DNA of 64,000 nucleotides from Callorhinchus milii (GCF_018977255.1 NW_024704743.1:39062001-39126000); one strand, 5' to 3'. Shown: positions 38,646-51,793, numbered from the stretch's first letter. The notes: a model not told the origin generated them from the sequence alone. Made by a program: numbers and translations.

Positions 38646-38822
38646 GTCCTAATCAACAATCCTCAAAATAAATTGGTCATTCTTGGTTATTTGTGGGGCA
38701 TAACTGTGCACAAAATTGCCTGTTGCATTGACTTACAAATACAAATTAACTCTTGTAAAGCACTTTGAGACTTTTGACATAATAAGGTGCTATATGAAAT
38801 GCAAATTTGTACTATTATTAAT
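38646..38822 (+). mobile_element. Ancient Deu-domain SINE, 3' part
   Basis: Resumes gtcctaatcaacaatcctc..aattggtcatt..ttgtggggca.. and ends in a tail; collinear with the uninterrupted copy at 35065-35500. Confidence 0.7.
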
Positions 38823-40464
38823 AATAACCAAAGTGCTGTTGACAGTCTCTTTTTAGGAATACTCTAGCCGTAAATAGCTCATTACAAATACAGACTGAAA
38901 GTAGGGCTAGCCAAGTGCAAAACTGGGATTGGGATAGAGTAGAAATATTGGTAAAACAGCCAGTTCTATGTTACTTATTAAAAAAGAAACAAGTCCTGCA
39001 TACAATCTGAAAGGCCATCTGGTTAGTGAAGGATGTTGTGCATCTGGCATTTCTTCTGTAGCTCAGCTATTAGTCTGTGCAGAGAAAACTAGTTCTACAA
39101 AATGAATCTTTTAAATTCATGCGTGTCTGAAATTGTCTGCTGCTTCTCACGTGTACCCGAAGATGAACACCACAGAAAAAAAAACAGGATGGCTTCACAG
39201 AAGAGATGAAGGAATCACTGTGCAAGGAAAAGTATGCAACATTAGGTCACAGTCACAAGGAAGCAGCTGAGCAGTGAAGAGCTCAATTACAGACATTACT
39301 GTCTGACTGGTACTGGACACACATCAAATGGCACTGGGAGAAGAGACTCAGTGTTACTGCACTGCTGCAGTTAATTAAATCCAATTAAAGTCCTGAGATC
39401 AGTGTTTTTGAATAGTCTGTCTTGCGCACATATAATAATGTTTCAGGATCTCTATATGTTTGGTTTACATTTAAAAGTTTGCTGTTCACCTGTACACCAA
39501 ATTCCAACATGTTTCGGATTATGTTATATATATTCTATGTTCTCTAAAAAGACAAAAGTACTGAGGGGGTGGTGAGAGCAATACTTTTAATCTCGCCAGC
39601 AATACAAAACTCCTCCGAGTGGAGTTATTCTTTAATTACCTGGTGTCGCAGCAACTAGTAATAATTGGAAAAGACCTGCTTGGGTGATGTATCTGTCTCT
39701 GGCTGCCTGCCGATGAGCAGAATGGTGCTACTCATCCTGACTTGCTCCTTACACAGAAGTGCAGCTGAAAATCTTAGTAACAGCCAAGGTACAAACTCAA
39801 GCATTCTGCTGTGTTCAAGCACTCAGTGAGGGCTAAGAGAGAACACCAACCATTACACCCCCCAAAAAACTGGTCATTCAATCCACGACTATTTGTGGGA
39901 CACTTGTTCTACTTTGTTGGCGCATCCCAAAGTATTGTTCTGAATTTACTTTTTGAATCCCATTTAAAATATTATATACCTCCATAAGTTCCCTTCTGAA
40001 TTTGTCTTTTCAACATTGAAGAGCCTTGTCTTGTTCAGTTCAATACCTTGCTAACTGGAGGTAGATCCATCAAAACTGTTAACTGAACAAGACATAGTTG
40101 AGCTCTGATCTTCTATGAATAAACAGATTGCTCATTATTCTCAGGCTAGAAAACGAAGATTTGCTCAGCTGCTCCTTCCACTGAGCCAGTAACTATTCCT
40201 GGAAGTGTGTATCCAGCGCCTTAAGACGTCCTTCCGACGTGAAAGGCACTATATAAATATAATTTGTTGTTGTATGTCTGAAGATCATGTGAAACACCAG
40301 GATCTGCCACTGCTTCCTCGATGAACACCATCTTTCAATATGGAGCAGGTGGGGGTGGGGTGGGGGGAAGAAAGAATCAAGAGATAACTATCATGAGTGG
40401 GAATCCTACCTATTTTATAAAAAAATCAAAAATAATAATTTGGTCACTCAATCCTTGACTGTTT

Positions 40465-40792
40465 ATAATAATAATAATAATAATAATCCTTGCATTTGAT
40501 ATAGCGCTTTTCACGTCGGGAGGACGTCCCAAAGCGCTTCACAGAACACACTGTAAAGTGAATTGACTGTATATTTGTGGGCAAACGCGGCAGCTAATTG
40601 CGCACAGCAATGTCCCACAAACAGTCGTAGATTGAAAATGAACAATTTAATTATTGTTTTTGTTTTTTGGAGGGATTATTATTAGGCGTGTGGAGTAAGG
40701 AAACTTGCCCAAGGTTTCGCCCTGCCTGGAATTGAACTCAGGTCTCTCACTTGCAAAGCGAGTGCTCTAACCACTGAGCTACAGGACTCCAC
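40465..40792 (-). mobile_element. Full-length young SINE nested in an older SINE
   Basis: Family match. It interrupts an older plus-strand copy (40430-40466 and 40800-40948). Confidence 0.9.
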
Positions 40793-42459
40793 AAATATTA
40801 TTATGGGACACTGCTGTGCACAATTTGGCTGCTGCTTTTCGCCCACAAAATGTACAGTGAATTCACTTTATAGTATATTCTGTGAAGCGTTTTGAGATGA
40901 CTTAATGACATGATAAGGTGCTATAGCCAATGTAAGGATTATTATTATTTTAGCCATACCAAACTTGGGACACTGATTCCAGCTGTAGCATCTTTTCTGT
41001 GCTCTTTCTTTTTCCTCTCTGTGTTCTCATTCCTCCAGTTAACTTACCGAACACTGAGGATCACACCCAAGACCATCCTGCTCTGTGAAGGCTCATCTTT
41101 ACACTGTTCAGTGAATTTGCAAAATGAGACAGACAGACTGATGCATGGATTTTGGGGAGGCTGTCATTTTCTGTGTTTTTAATATTCAGCACGCCAGACA
41201 ATTCATCAAGCGCATCGGTGTGCGTAAGACATAAGCATGCTTAGAATTCAAAAACACATCTGTGTAATATATGGGTTTTTCTTTAAGAGTTTGCTGCTGC
41301 ATTTGTTTAGACTGAATAAGTTGGTTGTGGCACAAAGATTTGCAATTTTTATCTGCAGTTAAAAGAAATGCTGATCACTGCACATTTCGAGACCAGACCC
41401 AATTTCTTGGCAAACCAGTGATACGTTTACCATAAATCAACTGCATTGCAGAGACAGAGATTAAAACACAGCCTGTGATTGAGTTTCAACAGACCTAATT
41501 GTAAGCTGATGTCTATTGTGATGTGCATAAACTTACCAAAATAACTTTATCTTGTGCAGGTGAACCAGGAGAATTTTGTATTAAAAATATTTGCTTGTTT
41601 TATTTTTATTGGGTGAGCAGTGGGTGGTGTGAGAGGGATATGAAAGGTAAAGAACTTCTATTAGAAAAGAAAACATTGATCAAAAATTAAAATGAAGCAA
41701 ATACACACCAGGTGAATTGCCGGGGAGACTGGCAAGGAGTGCATTGGAAATGTTGAGGTGAGAGGTGACAAAACCATGATTGAGAATTTCAGCAGCATTT
41801 GAAGTAAGATAGGGCTGAAGGTGGGCAATGTGGCTGGTGGGCTGGAGGTGGAGGAAGGCAGTCCTGGTCAGGAACCGGATGTGGGGCAGGAATGCTAACC
41901 AGGGATCGGACCTGATGCCAAGATTGCATAAATGTTTGGTCAGTCTGAGGGCTAGACAGGAAAGCTATTGAGAGTACTTTGTTAGTATCTTTAGAACCTT
42001 AAGGCTTTAGGCACAAGTGACTCACCAGCTGTATACACTTGTTTAGCTCTTAAAATCCTACCAGGGTAGAATCCCAGAATTAGAGAAAGAAATGTTATAT
42101 AAATGGTGAGTGAGTGATGGTGAGACTAGATTGGCTTCATACGGTTACTCTATATCTGTTACGGCCTCTGGTCCCTGTATCCTGAAGCATAGCGGTATCA
42201 CTACTCCACTGAAGTCTTTTAGGATGCAATGCATAACTCTTTCCATTCTTCATTGTGCAGCAGTGCCATTAATATAATGAATACCATTGTGTGATGAATT
42301 ATAATCTGTTGGCCTGCAACATCCCGCAGCTGGATCTGTGCCGTACTAAATTCAAAACCACATTGGGCTGGCTCTGTTTGTTCTGGTATAGCCCAGCTTG
42401 GGATCATACCAGGATAGCCGTGCTACATTTTTGTTCTGTGATTTGATCTAATTATCAAT

Positions 42460-42800
42460 AATACTAATCTTTGCATTTGACCATCAAAAGTTTCAAAGTG
42501 ATTTACAGGATTTTACTGTAAACTAGAGTGATTGTGTTCTGTAAGCAAAGCACGGCAGCCAATTTTGCGTAGCAATGTCTCACAAACAGCCACTAAAGTG
42601 AATGTTCAATTTTATCTGGAGGTTTGATGGCCAGTACACTTCTTTCTCTTTTTGATTAGTGTACTTTAAAAGGCAAAAGAGACCTCAGTTTAACATCTCA
42701 AGGATGGCATATCTGACAATAAAGTGCTCCCCAGCCCTACACTGAAGAGCTGAAGAGTCAGCCTAAACTAATAGTTCAAAATCCCAATGATGGGCATGGT
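42460..42800 (-). mobile_element. Ancient Deu-domain SINE fragment
   Basis: Tail, body and Deu motifs (acctcagtttaacatctca..ggatggcat..gacaat) on the minus strand. Confidence 0.65.
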
Positions 42801-43925
42801 CTTCATTTTACCAGAATACCAGTATGTTTGTGAATAGTTTGATACAAGAAACACGCTTACAAACTTTATGTTCCCATTTTTCTTGACTTCCATGCTGGGA
42901 TCTTGAATCTACGAGGATGGTGAACATCTGAGCGATCTGTAAGTCATCACACTAACAATCGATGATTCTATTTGCTATTTTTAGAAGCCTCCCTTCAGTG
43001 CCAAACTCATTTCCTCCTGACAACAGTAGAGCCCAACTGTTGTACAATGTCGTAAAATCACTTGTCAAGCAAAATAAATTGATTCTTTTCTTTAAATAGC
43101 TCTTTGGTGTCATCGCCTGTGGTTTTGGTTGTGGAATTCAAAGAAGACAACAGTGGAAGGAATCACGTGTGAGAGCGGTTGTTCTAAAATGTGCTTCAGT
43201 GACATCCTGGGTCCTTATTAAGCTTTCCCAGGAAAAGAAACCCAAATTAATTTCCGCATAATTCAGGAGATCAACAACAAAGAAAGAGTGCGAAAAAAGT
43301 ACCATCCACAGAGGCTGAGCGACATTCTTCACCCACAAAACCTCAACCCATCTGTTGTGTTTTATACCACTCAACAAGCCACATATTCTGAGATGCTGAT
43401 GAGAGTGAGAACAATGATTCCACATATTCCTTACAGCAGAAACAGCTGGTTGCTATGTAGACAATAGGCAACGCTCGCTCTTGCTTCATTGCCAGATCAA
43501 CCAACAGGTGTCACAAGCTCCACTTTCAGCAGCATCAGCCTAAGCCACAGACACAATGATCCTTTGACCTGCTAAAGGAATAATGGACATCTTTTTCAGG
43601 TAACAATAAGTCAAAAGAAAAACACAGTACTTGTATCAGGAAACATTCTGTCACCTGATATACCTCTTGGCCTACTGTATAGCGTGCACGTGATCCTGTC
43701 AGTTTCTGGCTTCTCAGGAAATCCCTTGATCACAGCTTCATCTGGAAACTTCATTCAGAGGTAAAATCCATGCTGTCATTAGTTTTATAAACCAGGATCA
43801 CGGTTTGGAAGAGGAAAAGTACAAAGAGGAGATATTGGGTCTCTCAAGCAACAATTCTTATCACAAAATATCTTTTCATCAGCCATTCATAATGGGATTG
43901 ACAATTACTGTAAAACATGCAGCTA

Positions 43926-44295
43926 AAGTCCTTTAGTGTAGTGGTTATCGTGCTCGCCTCGCAAGCGAGAGCACCTGGGCTTGATTCCCAGGTGAGCAAA
44001 ATCTTAGGCAACTTTCCTTACTCCACATGCCTGTTTACCTAGCAGCAAGTATGAACCCGGTTGTTATTTGATTGGCGGATTGCCTTCTGGGAGTGATAAT
44101 CCCTCCCCCTCAAACAAAAATTCACTTAATTTTTGGTCAATTAATCCAAGACTGTTTGTTGGACACAGCTGTAGCAATTGACTGCCGCATTTGGGCCACA
44201 AAATACACAGTCAACCCACTTTACAATATATTCTGTGAAACGCTTTGAGACATCATAACAATAAGATGTTATATCAAATGCAAGCATTATTATTA
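43926..44295 (+). mobile_element. Older long-subfamily SINE
   Basis: Diverged tRNA head, extra internal segment, body and attattatta tail. Confidence 0.82.
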
Positions 44296-44374
44296 GTATA
44301 AAAACAAGTTTATTTCTACTGTTTATCCAGGTAGAGCCACATTAGCCAGGAAGACGTCAGCTTGAAGGGTTATC

Positions 44375-44930
44375 AGCAACAAGAACAACAATTTGCATTT
44401 ATATAGCGCCCTTCACACAGGACAACGTCTGAGTGTTGCACAGTGGTGCGGTTGGATGCTGAGCAAGGGAGAAGGAGGGGTAGGTGACCATGGGTGCAGT
44501 TCAAGAGGTAGGTGTTAATGTGGGATTTAAAGATAGTAAAGAGGGAGTGAGGCAGCAGTATTGAGGTAGGGAATTCTCGAGTTTAGGGGTGTAGTGGTTG
44601 AAGCCACGGCCACTAATGGTGGCACGGAGGGATCAGGAGATGCACAACTGTCCTGTATTAGCTGAGCAAAGGTGACTGGCAGAAAAGTGGGGTACAAGCC
44701 AGGTCAGAGAATTAGGGAAGTGCTTGGGTCTAAAGGGATTTATATTGGAAAGTGAAGATCTTGAAATTGATTCTTTCTGAACCAGGAGCCAGTGGAGCCT
44801 GGCGAGAACTGGGGTGATGTACATTGTGAGTTTAGTCCTAGTGAGGATGTCGCAGCAGAGTTTTAGATGAGCTGGACCTTGTGGACAGTGGAACTTGGGA
44901 GGCCAGCACTGGTATAAGGGTAGATCAGGA
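44375..44930 (-). mobile_element. Older L2 3' fragment
   Basis: ITPVLARLHWL in ORF 44633..44935, with the tail at 44375-44430. Confidence 0.8.
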
Positions 44931-47339
44931 GCCAAGTGGGAAGAATCTCACTGATCTATTTTTCTAAGTCCGGCCGACAAGCCAGGCTGGTCTGACATCA
45001 ACAGTTCTGTGAAGTACTATTTGCTGACGATATTTAAGGAGCGTTTCTTTAAAAAGAAAGCAGGTCCAATTTGATTTCCTCTTCAAGAAAAATGGCAAGC
45101 CAGTTGGTCGTTTACTATCATTTAAACATTCTTTGGCATTTGGACACTACGGGAGTTTGCACAGCTCCTTGAGCAATTTTATAACTGTGTGAACTTGAGA
45201 CAACAGAGCAGTGTAGAGCAGCTTGTGCAACTATCCTCACCTGTGCAACATGAAACAGAATGAAGCAGGTATTTCTTTCAAACAGTAGTATTAGTGTAAC
45301 CCAACTGAAATAGCTAGAAACACCTCAAAATCTTCAGGAATGCTCGATCATGTTGGGATTCAAAATATCCAATCGGAAGACAAACGTTTTGCTCCATGAA
45401 TTTGACTGGTTGCTCAGATCTGAGCCTCCCAAATCAAATGCTAGTTGTTGCACAGCTTGTTACACAGCGAGCATTGATTCATGTTATCACGTTTCTGCAT
45501 GTACCGATGTGTCTTGCACTAACCATGTTTCCCTTGAAATCTGAACCGCCTCCTAATGTTCAAGTTAAAACTCATTATTTCATACCACTGAATGTCAGGA
45601 AACATCAGGCATCAGACAAATTCCCCCTCCCTCCAGCACTAGGTTGTTCGGTTCATCTCACTCAACTGTCTGAATATCAGAGCTTTTCCATTTGAGGATC
45701 ATTTCCTTTGGACATGATTCTATAAGTGACAAAGCTACAAACCTCAAGTGGCTGAAAAGCTAGATCACTACCACTGCACCTTTTGGGGTTCTCTATATTC
45801 TTAATGTTCAATTATCTGCAACACTCATTTTATAATCTGTAGTTCAATTTTAATCATGTAAAAATATTTTAAGGATCCTCAAAAAGAAAACACTTTTAAC
45901 CATTAAATGCCCGCGAATCAATCCAAGACAAAATGAGTGCATTCTCCTGGGATCAAAAATGTCTCCTAGTCTCAGCCTGTAAAACCATTTGGTCTTAAAC
46001 TTTGAGATCACGCAGAATCTTAGTTTAGAAACTGGTTCTCTTCCATTCTTAAAAAGAACCGGCATCCAAATGAAGTTAAGTCAAGAATATTCACAGTCCT
46101 ACATGTTGATAATCATAACTTTAAACAGAACTTTAATACAGTTTTATGTCTTAACTTAATGGTAAGGCTTAGGTTTCTTGTGTATAATTAAGACCAGGTA
46201 ATATCATTTGACCACTACTTCAAATGCAAGGATTTATTATTATTGCTTTTATTACAGAAATAATTCAGCTTGACTACAAATCAATAGATTGATTTCTCAA
46301 GACTTTAAGTCCTGTACCCTGGACTTGCTACTGCTGATAAGGCCACTTTGTAGGAATCATAGCAGTACTCCTATTCCACCAATGCTGGCAAATAGAGTGA
46401 AAATAAGTCTCTGATCATACAGTGTTACATGAAAACTGTAAGTAAATATTAGTTTCTACCGCTCCCTGAAAAAATACTCAAAACAGAAACCAGTATCAGT
46501 TTTGAACATAATGCAGCTGGCTAAATTATGCAAATAGATAAGTAAGGTAAATAGGACGAACACTTCGATGGCTGATATGCAAAGTTGAAGGGGGCATTTG
46601 TTTGTGACGAAATATGTGCATGTTGCTATGCCCAGTCTCTCCAGAGCAACTTTCATGACTTGGGGCCCCAGGTGCAGGAGTGATACGTTCCAGTTTTGAC
46701 TTCAGTCCAAAATCTACTCACCCACTCAGTGTTTAAACAGCGTTATTAGACTGGAGCATTTGGTATTTACGTCATTATACATGTCAAGGAGCTTTGGGTT
46801 AGAACTTAGCTGATTACTTAACCATTGATGTCGTGCAAGAATTTAATGAACAGCAGAAGTTTCAAACAATAAACTAACGTTTGTCGTAACAATACAACCA
46901 AAGTTAATAAGTCATAATCCTTGCTTTTGATATTGTGTCTTATTATATTGAAATGTCTCAAAGGGCGAGCCAGATATTTGTTTCCTGTAAATAGTAGTAA
47001 TAAATACACAAGTAGGTGCCAAGAAATCTGGTGTTTGCATCAGGCTATCCATAGTCTGCAGATTGACGTGGCTGTTTGGGAAATCTACATCCTGCAGCCA
47101 TACTTAAAATAATTCAGCAATTTGATCTAAACATATAAAAGTCCTGAGATAGAATATTATAGGTCAACTCTTTTTTAAAGGAACATTTGTATTTGCAAAT
47201 AGCCCAGTGAATTCTGGCAATGCAATTATAAGGTTTTATATACTTTGCATTTAAGAACAAACTGATGGATCGGAACTTTTATTCAACTTCCTTCAAGCAA
47301 AGAGGAGGGGAGAACCCCACTCATACCCCACTCCACTGC

Positions 47340-47637
47340 CCTCCCCCTTCACTCAGCAACACTGCACATTCCAAATCCCTCTGCGCCACCATCAGTGGCC
47401 ATGATTCAGTTACTAAACTCCTACCTTCTAGAACTCTCTGCCTCTATCTCTCCACCTTGTCTACCACCCCCACAACTCTTTATCCATCTTTAAATCCCTC
47501 CTTAAGACTTATCTCTTCAAATGCAGCTATGGTCAGCTCCCCATCCCCATCTCCCTCACTCATCCAACCCTGCCACTGCGTGGTGCTCTGAAACAATATC
47601 CTGTGTGAAGGACACAATATGTTGTTGTTGGTGGTGG
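47340..47637 (+). mobile_element. Degraded L2 3' fragment
   Basis: Contains caccatcagtggccatg..cttaagacttatctcttc and the tail gttgttgttgg. Confidence 0.65.
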
Positions 47638-50085
47638 TAAGAAACATTGGAGGGAAAAAAAATCTATCTGGACTTAGGTTCTGTGTGAATCAAGCGTTTT
47701 ATCCAAATTTCACTAGAGCTTCACACTATCGAGATTGTAAATGTCAGGGCAATGGAGAATCAGAAGCATTTGCCTGGCAAGCACAGTAAGTCTACTGGCA
47801 ATTGGAGAACCAGCTTTAAGTACAAAACACCCTGATGTTTTTAACGGGTAGCCAGGCAATAACAGAATACAGTTTTAAACCATGTCTGTGGAATAAATAT
47901 ATTATTCAACAGTTTACCACCACTAAATGGAATTGCAATCATAAGGAAGGACTAAATAATTCACTGTTACCAAAAGTACACTTAATTCAGTCCAACTCAA
48001 TGAATTCTGTATTAAATACTTGTGACTGAATTGCCTCTGTTCAAAATCTTCAACAAGAAGTTTGGGTAAAGTTGTGGCTATCAGTGCTGACGTTTTCTTT
48101 GTTGTTACCAGATGTTTCTGTGTTGCTTCTTACATCATTAAAGTGATTCAACCCACTCATCCCATTTGCCAAGTTTTTGGATCTGAATTTAAACAGAAGA
48201 TGACACCTTCTGGGGTAAAAGATATGTGATGTGATACATATCACCAGTGATACATTTCACTTGTGATAATTATCACTATCCAAACTTTATTTTTTACTCC
48301 ACAAAGGGACAGACTGAATTGTGTCACTGGTGTGTATCAATGAAGTGAGATACACAAACAATGTATAACCTTTAATATTCTCAATTAACTCTTAAAAAGC
48401 TGGTGTCACGGTAAAATGTCTGTGAAGCATTTTGAGACAGTTTGATGATGCTACATCAATTGCAAGGATTATTGTTATCCCAGACTTAGCTTTGTTGCCC
48501 CCACAATAGATAAGCCTGCCAGCAGTTATAGTCAAGGCTCACACATGAATAATGGCCATTTGGGTAAAGTATCAGCACTGTACCTCTCCGTCATAATTGC
48601 CTTGTAATGATGAAAATTCTATTACTTGTTTGCAGGGAGAAGGGTGTGCAACTGCAATATTTAAAGGGAAACAAAAGCCTAAGGGGTTGCTTTTGTTCAA
48701 AGTACTCCTCCCATTTTACAGAATACATTAGCCTGAGGAAATCTCATAATGACATGTTTTTAAAAAACACGCTACCATTTGGGACATCTGCATCTCCCAT
48801 GTATATAGCATGTTTGGCAGGAGCTCTGGTTTTGACTCTCTGGCTAGTTTGACATTACCCGTTTCCTACAGAACCTTCCCCCATTGCCCCTGCACAATCT
48901 AGCAGATAAGGTCCAGGTCCTGGTATGGAAATTTGGCTTAAAAATGTGTCTGTATCTGTCAGCGAGTTTTGCTGATGGACCAGTCAGTAAAGGTTAGTAT
49001 CCAGAGCATCACTAAGCCACACAGACCAGATGGTCACAGGTTTGAATTATGGTATAAGATGAGTTCACAAATATTTGATGGTGAAAGTCAGGAAGATACA
49101 TTTGACCTCAGTGTCCTTATGTTTGTACAGGAAACTCAGGCAGATTTCCTGCTCCTGTGAGAACACTATCCAGAGACTCATATTGAAGGCGGGTGCGTAG
49201 GGATGGGAGGTGAGGACAGGATCAGGGTTATTTGTAATGCTTTTAGAAGATGAATAACCAAATGAAACTACTTGTGGAAGTGCACATAAGCAGAATGAGT
49301 ACAGGGTGAAAGCATTAAAGAAAGGGAGGGAAGCAAATTGGAGAAAAAAAGTAAAGGCTTGAGTTTTACTGCATTTTAACAGCCTATACGTTCACTAATA
49401 CAACAGAAAGGTAAAACGTTCAGAGGGAGACTAAACACTGAAAATGTGAATTTTAGCTATAACTTAGAGCAATTAATGACAAACTCCTGTGCAAAACGTC
49501 TATTTGACATTCCAAAGAGGATTCTGTCTACTGAACTGAGGAGTTAAAGCACAGTTCATTCTAAGACTGCACAAAAGTGGGATTTGGGGTTGAAAGAAAT
49601 GACGCCACAAATTAAAGGCTGTAGCAATAGAATAACTATTGCCTTGGTTATTGTATGACTTGCTACCCGAGACAGGTGACAAGTGGACAGGAATGACCAG
49701 CTACAATCTGTAGAGACCACCCATCTTCAAAATAACAGCTTTGGTCCTAGTGGTGATGATGCAGTCAAATTGTTGTATAACGAATTACTAACGTGCAGAA
49801 CTTAGCTAATAGTGATCCTATCACCAAGGGACAATACAATGGATACAGCTGAATCTCACATCAATTTATGGCCTTATATTTTATGTAGAGCTTGATCAAC
49901 CAAACAGTTACACCAGAAAGTTTCCCAATACCACAACTCGAAAGATCACAGCACTCCAACAGCGATTAGGTAGCATTCTTCACATTTTTGCACTAACAAG
50001 CTAAATAAATACTTTGCATTATTAATTAGATATCTTACCATTAAAATATCTATCTATCCAGAAATACATAAATATAATATAATTC

Positions 50086-50394
50086 GTGGAGTCCTGTAGC
50101 TCAGGGCTTTGCAAGTGAGAGACCTGAGTTCAATTCCAGATAGGGCGAAACCTTGGGCAAGTTTCCTTATTCCACACGCCTAATAATAATAATCCCTCCA
50201 AAACCAAAAACAATAATAAATTGGTCATTTTCAATCTACGACTGTTTGTGGGACATTGCTGTGCGCAATTGGCTCCCGCGTTCGCCCACAAATATACAGT
50301 CAATTCACTTTACAGTGTGTTCTGTGAAGCACTTTGGGACGTCCTCCCGACGTGAAAAGCGCTATATCAAATGCAAGGATTATTATTATTATTA
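50086..50394 (+). mobile_element. Young SINE with a short deletion in the tRNA head
   Basis: Reads gtagctcagggctttgcaag, lacking the ..ttagagcactc.. segment seen in other copies; the rest is near-identical. Confidence 0.9.
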
Positions 50395-50621
50395 TAAGGC
50401 AATCTTTGAAGCTGGGGCATTTACAATTCCACTGGTGTCTGAAGCATAGAATGGAGAAGGAAAAAGTGTGTATCAGTACCAAACTCATACAGCCACCACT
50501 GCAAATCCACACAGAAAGGCATCAAGTATGGTATCCATGAGTTATTTATTTAGATTAGAAATGTAGGACAAAGTAGACCTCCTTCATTTGATTTGATCAC
50601 GTACAGCAGCTTATTTGGGAT

Positions 50622-50680
50622 GCTTTGGGACGTCCTCCCGACGTGAAAGGCGCTCTATAAATGTAATTTTGTTGTTGTTG
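50622..50680 (+). mobile_element. Tail-only L2 insertion with a 7-bp target-site duplication
   Basis: Matches the tail of 21412-21470. TTATTTG occurs at 50611-50617 and 50681-50687. Confidence 0.8.
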
Positions 50681-51694
50681 TTATTTGAAAATGTAGTGAC
50701 CAGTGCTTTTTCTGTTGTGTTAAACGTAAACCACCATCGTGCCTTAATACAGTGCAATATTTGACATGCATGTTACCGGTTAACTTCTGCTAATTACATA
50801 TGTTGTCTATTATTGCAGACAGGGGTTTAGATTACTGATCACTTCGGATTTCTGCTAGGAACGATACTAAGCTGTTGAAAAACCGGACACTCAGGATGAA
50901 GCTTTAGCTTCTTCAAGTATTCACTTATTACAATAGGTGACCAACATTTTTGGTTGGCCAACAAAATAATCATGGATAATATAAGGATTATTATTCTATG
51001 TTCCAATAATAGACTAACATCTTTATCCAGGTTGAGTGACTGAGGAAATGATACTTTCCTGGTATGGCCAGAAATACCTCATTGGGTAGAAAAGTCAAAC
51101 CCACCAAATGAGCTCCCATGTTGTTGTTAAGTGTTCATTAGACGTAGTGAACCCAAAATCCCATGTCATTTTTATAAATAGCAACACATCAACTTAGCAT
51201 TGCCCACAGGAGGAAGAGGACAGAGCCTTAGAAAATAAAACTGTAAGAAAGGGCACTGTTGGCAATTTCCTTAGTGGGAGTTTGATAGGCATTTATGGGG
51301 ATTTTTAATAAAAGGAACTATTCATGATCACTCAATGTGAGAGTTAACTTACATCATTTATATAAACACTGAGTATCACGACAAAAATAGCTTCAGTCTT
51401 AAGCTTAATAGGTTCTCACTATGGAAGTTCAAGAGTGGAACTTTTCACGCAGTCTCACGATCGAGACAGTCTAAATTCCCAGACTTATATTTAAACCCAA
51501 ATAGAGCATTTATATGTTGTATTTATTCAAACCAGGCTTTTTCCACTATTTTTCAATGCCAAGTGCAGTTGAATCCAAAAACTAGTACTTGCTCTCTGAT
51601 TTGAACAAGAGCGCAATGCTGGGTGTTAAGATTTACTTAATACTGTGGAACACTGAGTCATAAGCGTGTTCAAGATTTGCGAGTTTTAGCTCAC

Positions 51695-51793
51695 CTGGCC
51701 ATAGTCTGTGGTGAAGTTGATCACTCCTCCTCCATAGGCCGAGACAGTGCTTGGAATGTACTGATCATTCTCTCGTAACCAGACCCGTGTTCC
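51695..51793 (-). CDS. MYO10: Myosin-X family coding exon (equivalent to human coding exon 2): GTRVWLRENDQYIPSTVSAYGGGVINFTTDYGQ
   Basis: Not in the ORF track; read manually. Acceptor ttttttccacag| and donor |gtgagc; 99 nt, phase 0/0. The translation matches the recalled human MYO10 N-terminus GTRVWLRENGQHFPSTVNSCAEGIVVFRTDYGQ. Confidence 0.93.

Larger units (their letters stand above)
11152..51694 (-). other. Intron of the myosin-X gene (40,543 bp, GT-AG)
   Basis: Bounded by the donor at 51693-51694 and the acceptor at 11152-11153. The flanking exons join in frame (DYGQ|VFTYK), as in myosin-X. Confidence 0.88.

Noticed and set aside
43435..43515. Possible enhancer: E-boxes (CAGCTG, CAGGTG) and an RFX X-box-like gttgctatgtagac
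   Set aside because: Short motifs are expected by chance in 64 kb, and no conservation or chromatin data are available.
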